The notes under the pieces are model-generated. The model was not told where the DNA came from, made no database searches, and saw only the letters and a list, made by a program, of their open reading frames with translations. Shown here one piece after another: positions 19,150-30,134 of a stretch of DNA of 64,000 nt. Origin of the DNA: an uncultured Bacteroidales bacterium (lineage in GTDB: Bacteria > Bacteroidota > Bacteroidia > Bacteroidales > WCHB1-69); contig ONQE01000005.1 of assembly GCA_900319925.1 (NCBI GenBank), forward strand, positions 16,373-80,372, read 5' to 3'. The translations under genes and the position numbers were made by a program. How positions within the stretch are numbered: the first letter of the stretch is position 1; each line of letters starts with the position of its first letter.

Positions 19150-21612
19150 ATGAATAGAAAATATACCTTTTCGATTTTTTCTATACTGTTGGTATTCAGT
19201 GTCTTCGCCTACGCCCAGACGGAAAACCAGTATAGCCAGTTCGATCCGGCGTCGCTGAAAGAAAATGCCAAATATGTGCGGAATTTCGCGCCCAACAACT
19301 ACGACGAGAAGATTCTCTACCAATGTTTCACCGATATGGTGGACCTCGCACGCGCCGAGTACCGCTACCTCCCCAAGCTGAAACATGACATCAGCCTCGA
19401 CTCTACAGCGCAGTTCCAGGCTGACTATCAGGCTTCTAAGGATGAGAAGACCCTGGAGAACAATGCCCCCTACAAGACCACCTACTACCGCCTGCGCAAG
19501 TACGGCCTCGCAGGCAACGGCGACGAACTCGTGGCCAAGGCCAAAGCCTATATGGGCGAAGCCGAATACAGCTACTACGACCTCTGCCTCGCCCTCGTGC
19601 AGTCCATCCTCAAGAACGTGAAGACCGCCGACGTGATGCTCGCCGAACGCTACACTTACATGGGCTTCGGCTACAACACCGACCCCGCGATGAAGAGCAT
19701 GTACGTCTCCCTCGTCCTCGGCAACGACCGCACCTTCAACCACTACAAGGCCGGCTACAGCGAGAAGGACGTCCCCTACACCAAAGGCCAGGCCAACCTG
19801 AAAGGCTATGACGACAAGGTCTGCAAGAAGTGCGCCACTGAACCCGCGCTGGAAATCCTCTCCGAATGCGTCAGCGTCAACAAGAACGGCGAGGTCTATT
19901 TCACCACCGACAACTATAAGGAAATCAAACGCCTCATCGGCAAGGAGGGCGACGCCATCGTCATCGACATCGTACAGGAAGGCCAGTACGAGTGCGACAA
20001 CCACCAAGTCGATTACGACCTCTGGCACCGCGGCACGGTCACCAAACCCGTCACCTTCGAGAAGCTGATGACCGTCAACGAGAATACCAACCTCAAATCC
20101 GGCAAGCTCATCGCCAAAATCTGCGACCTGCCCGCCGAAATCGATGACAGCAAAGGCATGGACCTCATCGTGCTGGTGCTGAAAGAGGGCAACCGCGTCT
20201 GCCGCGCCGTCATGGCCAAGCACATCGAGAGCAAGGGCGCCGACTATACCGAGAAGATCAACTTCGTGAAGGACGAGACCGGCATCAAGAGCACCGGCGA
20301 GTGGACCATCTCCCCCGAGGACGGCGATGTGGTGCTCACCTTCCCCTACGAGGCCAAGAAGATCGACTATACCGCCGCCGGCTTCAACCTCGACAAGAAA
20401 GACCCCGACCTCCCGCAGTACAAGGTCAACAGCGTGGAACTCATCTCCCACATCTCCCCCGACTACTACCAGGATCCCGCCTACAAGACCATCCAGGAGA
20501 AACGCGCAGCCGCCATCAAGAAAGACCTGCAACGCTACTTCCCGGGGATGGACATCAAGTTGGTGTACGACTATTGCTGGGATGTCTTCAAAGAGAAAAT
20601 CACCCAGCATGAAGAATACTACGACCTGAGCTTCAAAACCTTGGAGGAGGCCGCCAAAGAACTTAGACTCTACAACCGCTACGCCGCCAAAGTGTTGGAC
20701 ACCAGCTACCTGGCTCCGCTGCGCACAATGGAACTCCGCATGAACGTGACCTACTACGCCGACTCCCCCGTCGGTGAGGAGACCTTCGCCCTCTGGAAGT
20801 TCAACAACGCCGTCAAAGATTCCAAAAAGCTCGGCTTCGCCATGGCCGTGGAGGACTACATCCTGAAACAGGTCGAGAACGGCAAATTCTCCTCCTCCTC
20901 CCTCGAAAAGATGGACATCCCCTTCAAGAAGGAGTACCAGACCCTGCTCAACAACAAGCTCTATGCCCAATACTACAAGAGCTCGAAGCTCACGCCCGCC
21001 ATGGCTGAGCAGATGGTGAAAATCTACAACCTCAACACCGCCAACCAGCTGCTGCTCTACAACACCACGGTCAGCGACGTGCTTGCGGCTACCATCAAAT
21101 CCCCGGCCGACATCCTCAAGACGCAGGCCGCCATCGACAAGCTCTACACCATCCCTGCCATCCCGAAGGACCGCGTCAACAGCCTCAACCTCGAGTATCA
21201 GTTCAAAATCATCAACTACTTCGACACGATGCCCGCCACCCCCGAGAATGTCGCGCAGCTCAATGCCACCTATCAGAAAATCAAAGAGATCCGGAACGAT
21301 AAGTTGGACAGCTGGAAGAACGCCTTCAAGCTCGCCTCCTACTTCAACAAACGCTACGACTATATGTACTCCCTGTCGCTGATGACCCCCTTCCTCAGCG
21401 ACCCGACCATCTCCGAGGACTTCATCTTCTCCTACATCTCCTTGGCGGCACACCGCGAGGAGACCTACCTCAGCGGGCTCTTCACCCAGGCCGTGAAGCT
21501 CGCCGCCGAGAAGAACGCCCCCCGCCTCTGCGGCCTCATCGACAAGCTGCCCTCCTGCATCCTCGAGAACGAAGAAGCCAAGAAGGTCATCTGCAAAGCC
21601 TGCAACCGTTAA
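19150..21612 (+). CDS. secreted hypothetical protein (about 820 aa)
   Basis: Signal peptide MNRKYTFSIFSILLVFSVFAYAQ. Ordinary amino-acid composition, unlike the antisense ORF. I recognise no family. Confidence 0.6.
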   Translation: MNRKYTFSIFSILLVFSVFAYAQTENQYSQFDPASLKENAKYVRNFAPNNYDEKILYQCFTDMVDLARAEYRYLPKLKHDISLDSTAQFQADYQASKDEKTLENNAPYKTTYYRLRKYGLAGNGDELVAKAKAYMGEAEYSYYDLCLALVQSILKNVKTADVMLAERYTYMGFGYNTDPAMKSMYVSLVLGNDRTFNHYKAGYSEKDVPYTKGQANLKGYDDKVCKKCATEPALEILSECVSVNKNGEVYFTTDNYKEIKRLIGKEGDAIVIDIVQEGQYECDNHQVDYDLWHRGTVTKPVTFEKLMTVNENTNLKSGKLIAKICDLPAEIDDSKGMDLIVLVLKEGNRVCRAVMAKHIESKGADYTEKINFVKDETGIKSTGEWTISPEDGDVVLTFPYEAKKIDYTAAGFNLDKKDPDLPQYKVNSVELISHISPDYYQDPAYKTIQEKRAAAIKKDLQRYFPGMDIKLVYDYCWDVFKEKITQHEEYYDLSFKTLEEAAKELRLYNRYAAKVLDTSYLAPLRTMELRMNVTYYADSPVGEETFALWKFNNAVKDSKKLGFAMAVEDYILKQVENGKFSSSSLEKMDIPFKKEYQTLLNNKLYAQYYKSSKLTPAMAEQMVKIYNLNTANQLLLYNTTVSDVLAATIKSPADILKTQAAIDKLYTIPAIPKDRVNSLNLEYQFKIINYFDTMPATPENVAQLNATYQKIKEIRNDKLDSWKNAFKLASYFNKRYDYMYSLSLMTPFLSDPTISEDFIFSYISLAAHREETYLSGLFTQAVKLAAEKNAPRLCGLIDKLPSCILENEEAKKVICKACNR

Positions 21613-21686
21613 CGTTGGCGCTTAGCTTTTAGCTTTTTTAAGGAAGTTTAGAATTTAGAACGACAACGGAATACGTATATCCCAAA

Positions 21687-22679
21687 ATGAAGAAAATGAG
21701 CATCCAAGAGCCGACGACCAACGACCAACAACCCATTAGCAGCCAACAGCCAACAGACGAACTATACGAACACTACCGCTTCGAGGTCACCGCGGGCACG
21801 GAAATGCTCCGCATCGACAAATACCTCTTCAACCTGATCGCCAACACCTCGCGCAACAAGGTGCAGCAGGCGGCCAAGGCGGATTGCATCCTCGTGAACG
21901 GCAAACCCGTCCGGCAGAACTACAAGGTGCGCCCCGGCGACACCATCTCCGTGCTCATGCCCAACCCGCCCAACGACACCGAAATCCTCCCCGAACATAT
22001 CCCCCTCAACATCGTCTATGAGGACAAAGACCTCCTCATCGTGAACAAGGAGCCAGGGATGGTGGTGCACCCCGCCTACGGCAACTACACCGGCACCCTC
22101 GTCAACGCCCTCTACGACTACTTCCAAGGCCAAACCCTCGAGGACGGCTCCCCGGTGAAACCCCTCCTGGTGCACCGCATCGACAAGAACACCTCCGGAC
22201 TGCTGGTGGTGACCAAAAACGAGCTCGCCCAGATGCGCCTGGCCAAGACCTTCTTCGACCACAACCTCGAACGCAAATACTGGGCCTTGGTGTGGGGCTC
22301 CTTCGACGAGGACGCCGGCACCATCGTCGGCAACGTGGGCCGCAACCCCAAAGACCGGATGGTGATGACCGTCTTCCCCGAAGGCAGCGACCAAGGCAAA
22401 CACGCGGTCACCCACTGGCGCGTGGTCGAGCGCTTCGGCTACGTCACCCTCGTCGAGTGCCAGCTCGAAACCGGCCGCACCCACCAGATCCGCGTCCACA
22501 TGCAGCAGTTCATCCGCAACTGTTTCGCCCTGATGCCCCGCCAGGCACTGCACGCCAAGTCGCTGGGCTTCAAGCACCCCATCACCGGCAAGGAAATCCT
22601 CTTCGAGTCGGAACTGCCCGAGGACTTCGCCGCCGTGGTGGAGAAATGGCGCGGATATTCCAAAAACGAGACGCTGTAG
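21687..22679 (+). CDS. rluD: RluD-type pseudouridine synthase (S4 plus PseudoU_synth_2 domains), apparently lacking an internal segment
   Basis: S4 domain: RIDKYL...VNGKPV. Catalytic motif LVHRIDKNTSGLLV. GRTHQIRVH is followed directly by QFIRNCFALMPRQALHAKSLGF. Confidence 0.8.
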   Translation: MKKMSIQEPTTNDQQPISSQQPTDELYEHYRFEVTAGTEMLRIDKYLFNLIANTSRNKVQQAAKADCILVNGKPVRQNYKVRPGDTISVLMPNPPNDTEILPEHIPLNIVYEDKDLLIVNKEPGMVVHPAYGNYTGTLVNALYDYFQGQTLEDGSPVKPLLVHRIDKNTSGLLVVTKNELAQMRLAKTFFDHNLERKYWALVWGSFDEDAGTIVGNVGRNPKDRMVMTVFPEGSDQGKHAVTHWRVVERFGYVTLVECQLETGRTHQIRVHMQQFIRNCFALMPRQALHAKSLGFKHPITGKEILFESELPEDFAAVVEKWRGYSKNETL

Positions 22680-22766
22680 AGACGTGAAATCCGCCGCCTC
22701 CATGCACCGTTTTTACCTCGCAGGGTTTCCGCAGTCTCTGTATTATATGACCCGATTCGAATACAG

Positions 22767-25211
22767 ATGTTGTGGCGGATGCCGATGAGTAAGACAGAGA
22801 CATACCAGAGCGAACGACGCCGTTCCATCCTCCTGCGGATGGTGGGGTGTCTGCTCCTGCTGTGCCTCTCCATCGGGTATCTCTCCGCGCAGACAAACGA
22901 TGACAACGCTCCCGTCCTGAACCGACGCGACTCCATCCGCGCCGCCAAGAACCTCAAGGAGGTGGTGGTCTCCAAAAAACGGCCGAAATACGTCCGCAAG
23001 GGAAACCCCGCCGTTGAACTGGCCAAGAACGTCATCAAACACAAAAACGACAATAGAATAGAGTCCGTGGAATCGTATAAGTCCACGAACTACAAGAAGT
23101 TAGTACTCTCTTTCGGACGTTTCACGATGGACTTCCAAAAGAACAATTTCAACCGGAAGTTGGCCTTCCTCGAGAAATACATCGACACGCTGCCGCCCGA
23201 TACGGTGCCCGTGCTCACCATCTCGGTGCGGGAGCGCTTGGAGGACCACTACCACCGAAAATCGCCGCGCAAGGACGTGATATACGTGCGCGCCCGACGA
23301 ATGCAGGGAGCCGACGAGAGCCTCGACAAGGAGGGCCTCGGCACCAACCTCGACGCCATCTTCACCGAAGTCAACATCTTCGACAATGACATCGAGCTGA
23401 TGCTCAACCGCTTCGTCAGCCCGCTCTCCTCCACCATCGGCACCACCTTCTACCACTACTACATCACCGACACCGTGATGATAGACAGCGTCTCCTGCAT
23501 CGAGCTCACCTTCACGCCCGTCAACAGCCACGACTACGGCTTCAACGGACGGATGTACATCGTCAACGACAGCTCCTATGCCGTGAAACGCTATATCATC
23601 AACATTCCCCACCGCATCAACATGAACTTCGTGAACCAGCTCGTCGTGGAACAGGAGTTCATGCAGACCGACAGCGGACTCTGGGCTCCCCGTATCGCCC
23701 ACACCACTGCCTCCTTCTCCCTCCTCAAAAGCAAGAAGTTGCGGAAGATCTACGCCCACCAGACCACCTTCTGGTTCGGCTACGAGACCGGCGTGGGCAT
23801 CCCCGACTCGCTCGATGTGGCCCTCACCGGCGAAGAACTCGTCTCCCCCGACGTCTGGAAGTACAAGAGCGGCCGCTGGAAGGAGATGCGCCCCCTGCCG
23901 CTGAATCCCAAGGAGTCGTTCATCGACAGCCTGGGACCGGAGCTGCGCCGCCTGCCCGCCTTCAAGGCGCTCGAAAAGACCGCCGAAATCCTCGCCTCTG
24001 GCTATATCGCCACCGCCAAGAACCGCAAAGACAGCTATTTCGACATCGGCTCTATATACAATATGATAAGTTTCAACCCCGCCGAAGGACTGCGACTGCG
24101 CATCGGCGGGATGACCACCGCCAAGCTGCACGACCAGTGGTTCATGAACGCCTACCTCGCCTACGGCTTCAAAGACCGACGGCTGAAGTACAACGTCACG
24201 ATGATCCACACCTTCGACAAGAAGAAGCGACACCCCTACGAATCACCGCGCAACGGGCTTACCATCAGCACGATGTACGATATGGAGATGCCCGGCCAGC
24301 AGTACACCTACATGGACCGCGACAACATCCTGCTGTCGTACGACAACGACACGACCGCCGCGGCCGCGCAGTACGTGCGCCGCACGAAAGTGCACTACCA
24401 GCGCGAGTGGCCGAGCCGTCTCCGCTTCGAGACCTGGCTCCAGTACGAGAACAACGAGGCCGCGGGCTCCCTGGCCTACTGGCGCATCAACCGCGACGGG
24501 TCGGTCACGCGCGTGCACGACTTCAACAACCTAGAGTGGAGCATACGCCTCCGCTGGGCCCCCGGCGAAACCACCATCGACAGCCAGCGCGGCGACAAGA
24601 AACCCTTCAAGCTCTCCAAGGACGCCCCCGTGCTCATCCTCACCCACACCTTCGGCATCCTCAGCGGCAACCTCCAGTACAACAAGACCGACCTCTCCGT
24701 GGAGAAGCGCTTCTGGCTCTCCGCCTTCGGCCATATTGACGCCACACTGCAGGCCGGAATCGTCTGGGACGCCGTGCCCTACACCAAACTCTACATCCCG
24801 CAGAACAGCCAGTCGCTCTTTATGATGCCCAACACCTTCTGCCTGATGAAGCCGATGGAGTTCCTGATGGACAAATACGTGGCCCTCTATGCTACCTACT
24901 ACCTCAAAGGGCTGATCTTCAACCGCATACCCTACTGGAACCGCCTCAACCTCCGCGAGGTGGTCTCCTTCAGCGGCATCTACGGCGGCCTCTCCCCAAA
25001 GAACATCCCCGGCCCGAACACCCCCGGCCTCTACCTCCTCCCCGACGGCTGCGGACAGCTGGGCAAGGTGCCCTATATGGAGATCACCGCCGGCATCGAG
25101 AACATCTTCGAGTTCCTCCGCATCGACTACGTCCGCCGCATCAGCTACGCCAAAAACCTCAAAGGCTGGGACAAAAACGGCATCCGCTTCACCTTCCGCG
25201 TCTCGTTCTGA
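22767..25211 (+). CDS. DUF5686-family protein (beta-barrel-like, secreted)
   Basis: Signal-like N-terminus. KGNPAVELAKNVIKHK and the overall pattern recall the Bacteroidota DUF5686 family. The start is ambiguous (22767, 22779 or 22785). Confidence 0.55.
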   Translation: MLWRMPMSKTETYQSERRRSILLRMVGCLLLLCLSIGYLSAQTNDDNAPVLNRRDSIRAAKNLKEVVVSKKRPKYVRKGNPAVELAKNVIKHKNDNRIESVESYKSTNYKKLVLSFGRFTMDFQKNNFNRKLAFLEKYIDTLPPDTVPVLTISVRERLEDHYHRKSPRKDVIYVRARRMQGADESLDKEGLGTNLDAIFTEVNIFDNDIELMLNRFVSPLSSTIGTTFYHYYITDTVMIDSVSCIELTFTPVNSHDYGFNGRMYIVNDSSYAVKRYIINIPHRINMNFVNQLVVEQEFMQTDSGLWAPRIAHTTASFSLLKSKKLRKIYAHQTTFWFGYETGVGIPDSLDVALTGEELVSPDVWKYKSGRWKEMRPLPLNPKESFIDSLGPELRRLPAFKALEKTAEILASGYIATAKNRKDSYFDIGSIYNMISFNPAEGLRLRIGGMTTAKLHDQWFMNAYLAYGFKDRRLKYNVTMIHTFDKKKRHPYESPRNGLTISTMYDMEMPGQQYTYMDRDNILLSYDNDTTAAAAQYVRRTKVHYQREWPSRLRFETWLQYENNEAAGSLAYWRINRDGSVTRVHDFNNLEWSIRLRWAPGETTIDSQRGDKKPFKLSKDAPVLILTHTFGILSGNLQYNKTDLSVEKRFWLSAFGHIDATLQAGIVWDAVPYTKLYIPQNSQSLFMMPNTFCLMKPMEFLMDKYVALYATYYLKGLIFNRIPYWNRLNLREVVSFSGIYGGLSPKNIPGPNTPGLYLLPDGCGQLGKVPYMEITAGIENIFEFLRIDYVRRISYAKNLKGWDKNGIRFTFRVSF

Positions 25212-25266
25212 CGCAGCCGTTAACGTTAAAAATTGTTAATCCCCTCCCCGCAATTGTAAAAAATAC

Positions 25267-25274
25267 TACTTTTG
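25267..25274 (+). promoter_or_regulatory. -7 box TACTTTTG for the DUF4954-nagB operon
   Basis: Matches TAnnTTTG 34 nt upstream of the ATG at 25308. Confidence 0.55.
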
Positions 25275-25307
25275 CAATTTTTAGATTGTTAACGAATAAG
25301 ACGGCAG

Positions 25308-27512
25308 ATGGACAAAGTTACCATATTACCCTACGACAGGATCTACCAAAATTTCATAGACCCTAAGTATCTGCATGACGGTCACGACGAATACTACTAC
25401 CGCGACCAGCAGGTGAAGAAACCCGAAGGCGGGTGGCGTCACCTCCGCTCCGACGAAATCGAACGCCTCGTCCTCAACAACAACTCCGCCTCCAACTGGG
25501 ACGACATCTGGGTCACCGACCAGTTCGACACCGCGATGGTGCGCAACAACCACTTCTTCGGGATGGTGCGCATCGGACGCGTCACCCGACACGTGCTCCA
25601 ATACCACGACCTGCGCGTGCCGGTCGGCATCACCGACAGCAGCATCATCTCCTGCGACATCGGCGACGACGTGGCCGTCCACGACGTCCACTATATGGCC
25701 AACTGCATCATCGGCGACCGCTGCATCCTCTTCAACATCCAGGAGATCTCCACCACCGACCACTCCAAGTTCGGCAACGGCACTATCAAGGAGGGCGAAC
25801 CTGAGGATGTGCGCGTCTGGCTCGAGGTGATGAACGAGATCGGAAGCCGCAAGATCATGCCCTTCGACGGGATGACCACGGCCGACGCCTACCTCTGGGC
25901 CAAATACACCGACGACACCAAGCTGCAGGAGCGCCTCAAGGAGATCACCCAGGCCAGCGTCGATATCCACCGCGGCTACTACGGCACCATCGGCGAGGGC
26001 TGCGTCATCAAGAACTGCTGGATCCTCAAGGACGCGAAAGTCGGCCCGCACTGCTACATCAAGGGCGCGAGCAAGCTGAAGAACGTCACCATCAACTCCT
26101 CCGAGGAGGAACCGTCGCAGATCGGCGAGGGCGTCATCCTCGTGAACGGCGTCACCGGCTACGGCTGCCGCATCTTCTACTCCGTGGTGGCCACCCGTTT
26201 CGTCCTGGGCGACAACTGCAACCTGAAATACGGCGCGCGCCTGATCCACTCCGTCCTCGGCGACAACTCCACCATCTCCTGCTGCGAGGTGCTGAACAAC
26301 ATCATCTTCCCCTCACACGAGCAGCACCACAACAACTCCTTCCTCATCTCCGCCTGCGTGATGGGACAGAGCAACATGGCCGCCGGCGCCACCATCGGCT
26401 CCAACCACAACAGTCGCGCCACCGACGGCGAAATCGTCGCCTCGCGCGGATTCTGGCCGGGCCTCTGCTCGAGCGTCAAGCACTCCTCGCGGTTCGCCAG
26501 CTTCACCCTGCTGAGCAAGGCCGACTACCCCAACGAGTTGGACATCCGGCTCCCCTTCTGTCTCGTGAGCAACAACGCCGCCAAAGACGAGCTGCACCTC
26601 ATGCCCGCCTACTGGTGGATGTACAATATGTACGCCCTCGCGCGCAACACCTCGAAGTACCAGAGCCGCGACAAGCGCAAACGCAAAATCCAGAACATCG
26701 AGTTCGAGACCCTCGCCCCCGACACCGTGGAGGAGATCATCGAGGGACGTAAGCTCTTGGAGGTGTGGGTCGCTAAGGCGTACCTCCGCTCGCAAGGCGA
26801 AGACCCCGACCAGTACGAATACTACAACCTCCGCGCATGCGGCAAGAACCTCCTCGACAATGAACCCTACACCGTCGAGAAGCTGGAGGTCCTCGGCGAG
26901 AAGGTCGAGAAAGGCCGTCGCAAGGTGGTCATCGACAAGGCGCTGAAAGCCTATCACGCGTACGGCGACATGATTGTCTACTACGCCGTGAAGACCTGCC
27001 TGAACTACCTCGAATCCCATCCCGGTGTCACCATGAAGGCCATTGTGGAGCACATGCGCGGCAAACGTCTCCGCAAGTGGATCAACCTCGGCGGCCAGAC
27101 CATGCCCGAGGAGTACGCCGACCAGCTCCGCGCCGACATCCGCGACGGCGTGCTCAACACCTGGGACGACATCCACCACCGCTACGACGAACTTTGGAAA
27201 GACTACCAGCGCGAGAAGCTGCGCCACGCCTACTTCTCCCTGATGTTCCTCTACAAAGACGACACCGACGTGATGACCAAGGAGATGTGGCAGGAGAACC
27301 TCGACCAGGCCCTCCGCATCCAGCAGTACATCTGCGACCAAGTCTATGAGAGCCGCAAGAAAGACTACGACAACGAGATCCGCAGCGCCACCTTCCGCAA
27401 CGAAGCCGAAAAGCTCGCCGTCGTCGGCCGCATCGACGACGTCTCCTTCGTCAAACAAACCCGCCAACAAACCACCGAATTCCTAACCCTAGTCCAAAAG
27501 TACAAAGAATAA
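25308..27512 (+). CDS. DUF4954-family protein
   Basis: N-terminal pattern YRHLRSDEIERLVLNNNSASNWDDIWV plus beta-helix-like repeats. It lies immediately upstream of nagB, as I recall for Bacteroides. Confidence 0.65.
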   Translation: MDKVTILPYDRIYQNFIDPKYLHDGHDEYYYRDQQVKKPEGGWRHLRSDEIERLVLNNNSASNWDDIWVTDQFDTAMVRNNHFFGMVRIGRVTRHVLQYHDLRVPVGITDSSIISCDIGDDVAVHDVHYMANCIIGDRCILFNIQEISTTDHSKFGNGTIKEGEPEDVRVWLEVMNEIGSRKIMPFDGMTTADAYLWAKYTDDTKLQERLKEITQASVDIHRGYYGTIGEGCVIKNCWILKDAKVGPHCYIKGASKLKNVTINSSEEEPSQIGEGVILVNGVTGYGCRIFYSVVATRFVLGDNCNLKYGARLIHSVLGDNSTISCCEVLNNIIFPSHEQHHNNSFLISACVMGQSNMAAGATIGSNHNSRATDGEIVASRGFWPGLCSSVKHSSRFASFTLLSKADYPNELDIRLPFCLVSNNAAKDELHLMPAYWWMYNMYALARNTSKYQSRDKRKRKIQNIEFETLAPDTVEEIIEGRKLLEVWVAKAYLRSQGEDPDQYEYYNLRACGKNLLDNEPYTVEKLEVLGEKVEKGRRKVVIDKALKAYHAYGDMIVYYAVKTCLNYLESHPGVTMKAIVEHMRGKRLRKWINLGGQTMPEEYADQLRADIRDGVLNTWDDIHHRYDELWKDYQREKLRHAYFSLMFLYKDDTDVMTKEMWQENLDQALRIQQYICDQVYESRKKDYDNEIRSATFRNEAEKLAVVGRIDDVSFVKQTRQQTTEFLTLVQKYKE

Positions 27513-27533
27513 CCCCCTAATCCATAAACCATC

Positions 27534-28319
27534 ATGCGAGTAATTATCAACAACAACTACGACGAAATGTCCCAATGGGCCGCCAACCACATCGTAGAGC
27601 GCATCAAAGCGTTCAAGCCGACGGCCAAGAAACCCTTCATCTTAGGTCTGCCCACGGGCTCCACCCCCATCGGCACCTACAAGGAGCTCATCCGTCTCCA
27701 CAAGGCCGGCAAGGTCTCCTTCAAGAACGTGGTCACCTTCAATATGGATGAGTACGTCCAGATTCCGGAGGACCATCCCGAGAGCTACCACAGCTTCATG
27801 TGGAACAACTTCTTCAGCCACATCGACATCAAGAAGGAGAACGTCAACATCCTCAACGGCAACGCCAAGGACTTGGAGGCCGAGTGCGCCCGTTACGAGG
27901 AGAAGATCAAGAGCTACGGTGGCATCGACCTCTTCATGGGCGGCATCGGCCCTGACGGCCACATCGCCTTCAACGAGCCGGGCAGCAGCCTCACCTCGCG
28001 CACCCGCGTGAAGACCCTCACCACCGACACGGTCATCGCCAACTCCCGCTTCTTCGACAACGACATCAACCAGGTGCCCAAGACGGCCCTCACCGTCGGG
28101 GTCGGCACTGTGATGGACGCCCGCGAGGTGATGATCCTCGCCAACGGTCACGGCAAAGCCCGCGCGTTGGCCGCCGCCATCGAGGGCGCCGTTAGCCAGA
28201 TGTGCACCGTCTCCGCCCTTCAGCTCCACCCCAAGGGCATCATCGTCTGCGACGATGCCGCCTGCGACGAGCTCACCTACGGCACCGTCAAATACTTCAA
28301 AGACATCGAGAAGCGGTAA
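27534..28319 (+). CDS. nagB: glucosamine-6-phosphate deaminase
   Basis: Motifs [17 protein letters not shown] and [18 protein letters not shown]. Length is 261 aa. Confidence 0.9.
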   Translation: MRVIINNNYDEMSQWAANHIVERIKAFKPTAKKPFILGLPTGSTPIGTYKELIRLHKAGKVSFKNVVTFNMDEYVQIPEDHPESYHSFMWNNFFSHIDIKKENVNILNGNAKDLEAECARYEEKIKSYGGIDLFMGGIGPDGHIAFNEPGSSLTSRTRVKTLTTDTVIANSRFFDNDINQVPKTALTVGVGTVMDAREVMILANGHGKARALAAAIEGAVSQMCTVSALQLHPKGIIVCDDAACDELTYGTVKYFKDIEKR

Positions 28320-28321
28320 CC

Positions 28322-28545
28322 TTTAGATACGCTGCGCGTATTGTGTTCACACGCTGCGCGTGTTATGTTTATACGCTTCGCGTAGAAATCTGAGATAATC
28401 TTAAAAGAAAATCTGAGAAAATCAATAGGATAATCTTTATGATTTCTTTAACTTAATAGATTTTCTAAGATTTTCAATAAAGATTTTCCCAGATTTCTTG
28501 TCCGAAGGACAACCCCCTAATTGTCCGCAGGACAACACATAAAAG
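28322..28545. repeat. AT-rich/GC-motif mosaic repeat region (acgctgcgcgt x3; agattttc x4; hairpin ttgtccgaaggacaa / ttgtccgcaggacaa)
   Basis: Shares the segment agattttctaa..agattttcc.agatttct plus a hairpin with 63840-63885. The gctgcgcg motifs are related to the 58661-58905 flank. Confidence 0.7.
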
Positions 28546-28552
28546 AAAAATG

Positions 28553-28560
28553 TACCTTTG
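28553..28560 (+). promoter_or_regulatory. -7 box TACCTTTG for the lytic transglycosylase gene
   Basis: Matches TAnnTTTG 29 nt upstream of the ATG at 28589. It lies inside the ORF-track start at 28550, which I therefore reject. Confidence 0.55.
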
Positions 28561-28588
28561 CGATTTCTTTAGAAGGTGCATTTTTTTT

Positions 28589-29593
28589 ATGTCAAAACCC
28601 AATAACCCGTTCACAATGAGGAAGAACAACATCATCATCGCCGCGTGCCTACTCGTCGCTGTGCTGGCGGTCACCGGCTGCTGGGCCATCACCAAAGGGC
28701 ACAGCGAGGCCGACCCCACCCCGAACCAATACGCCAACACCCTCACCTCGCCGCCCCTGCCGCAGAGCCTCACCTTTGCCGGCGAAGAGGTCCCCCTGGA
28801 CGTCTATTGGGTGCGCGAAGCCCTCGACCGCGAGCTCGTCATCAACTGCTACCAGCACTCCAAGACCCTGCGCATCCTCAAGCTGTCGAGCCGCGTCTTC
28901 CCCACCGTCGAGAAGATTCTCAAGGAGGAGGGCGTGCCGGATGATTTCAAATACCTCTGTGTCGCGGAGAGCGGCTTGGAGAACGTCACCTCGCCCGCCA
29001 ATGCCGGCGGTTATTGGCAGTTCATCCCCTCCACCGCCAAAGTCTATGGCTTGGAGGTCGGCACCGACGTCGATGAGCGTTGTCATCTCGAGAAGGCGAC
29101 CCGTGCGGCCTGCAAGTACCTCAAGAAGATGAAGAACCAGTTCGGCAGCTGGACCATGGCCGCGGCCGGCTACAACCGGGGCGACGGCGGTCTACAGGCG
29201 GCCGTCGACGACCAGAAAGTGCACAACTACTGGGATCTCTGGCTCAACAGCGAGACCTCCCGTTACGTCTATCGCATCCTCTCCTTCAAGCTCATCTTCG
29301 AGAACCCACAGGCCTACGGCGTGGCCATCTGTCCCGCGCAGATGTATCCCCCCATCGAGACCAAGACCGTCAAGGTGACCACCTCCATCGCCAGTCTCCC
29401 GCGTTTCGCCGAGGAGCACCACGTCACCTACCGCGAGCTCCGCAACCTTAACCCCTGGATCCGCAACAACAAGCTCACCGTCGCCTCCGGCAAGTCCTAC
29501 GAGATTGAGCTCCCCACCCATCCCAAGTCCCACTACCGCGACCTCCTCAAATCCTGCGACAACCCGTATTTGAACCTCGGCGCGAACGAGTGA
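28589..29593 (+). CDS. lytic transglycosylase (SLT domain) lipoprotein
   Basis: Lipobox LAVTGC. SLT catalytic region CVAESGLENVTSPANAGGYWQF...AAGYNRG. Confidence 0.75.
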   Translation: MSKPNNPFTMRKNNIIIAACLLVAVLAVTGCWAITKGHSEADPTPNQYANTLTSPPLPQSLTFAGEEVPLDVYWVREALDRELVINCYQHSKTLRILKLSSRVFPTVEKILKEEGVPDDFKYLCVAESGLENVTSPANAGGYWQFIPSTAKVYGLEVGTDVDERCHLEKATRAACKYLKKMKNQFGSWTMAAAGYNRGDGGLQAAVDDQKVHNYWDLWLNSETSRYVYRILSFKLIFENPQAYGVAICPAQMYPPIETKTVKVTTSIASLPRFAEEHHVTYRELRNLNPWIRNNKLTVASGKSYEIELPTHPKSHYRDLLKSCDNPYLNLGANE

Positions 29594-29746
29594 GAGATTC
29601 CGCTCGCCGCTTTGCGTCTGTATGGAGGTGTCTGCGTCCCCGCAGACACACTGGTGTAAGTTGGAGATTCCGCTCACCGCTATCGCGTCTGTAGGGAGGT
29701 GTCTGCGTCCGCGCAGACACACTGGTGTAAGATGGAGGTTCCGTTT
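29594..29746 (+). repeat. 70-71-bp tandem repeat (2 full copies plus a partial third), each with a hairpin gtgtctgcg-N3-cgcagacac
   Basis: Units at 29594-29663 and 29664-29734 are near-identical. A partial third begins at 29735. The hairpin stems are 29629-29637/29641-29649 and 29699-29707/29711-29719. Confidence 0.85.
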
Positions 29747-30134
29747 GGAGCGCATGCTCTTGCGAGTCACTGCGCGCCTTGGTTGTTGCTGCGCTCTCTT
29801 GCGGGTGAAGGGGTGCGGTTATCGTCCAAACGGAATGGAGGTGTCTCTTTCGTTAATGCGCGAGTTGTCGATAAAGTGGCATATCGTTGGCGTGCGGGTT
29901 GTCGATAACGCGGTATTTCGATAGTGTGTGAGTTACCGATAAAGCAGCGCATTGACAGAGTGCATGTCTCGTCAGCTCGGGAGCTAACGAAACCGTGCCT
30001 CCATTCCGTTTTGCCGGAAAGCCGATACCATAACTCGCAAGCGAATGAAAAACCGATAAAACCAAACATTGACTCGCGAGAGAAGTCGCGCAAAACGGAA
30101 CCTCCTTCTCGCCAGTGCGTGCGTAACCTATTAA

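Noticed and set aside
19141-21453. 770-aa ORF on the minus strand
   Set aside because: It is antisense to the secreted 820-aa protein and has a repetitive G/V/E/D/L composition. The plus-strand ORF has a signal peptide, a matching promoter box and ordinary composition.
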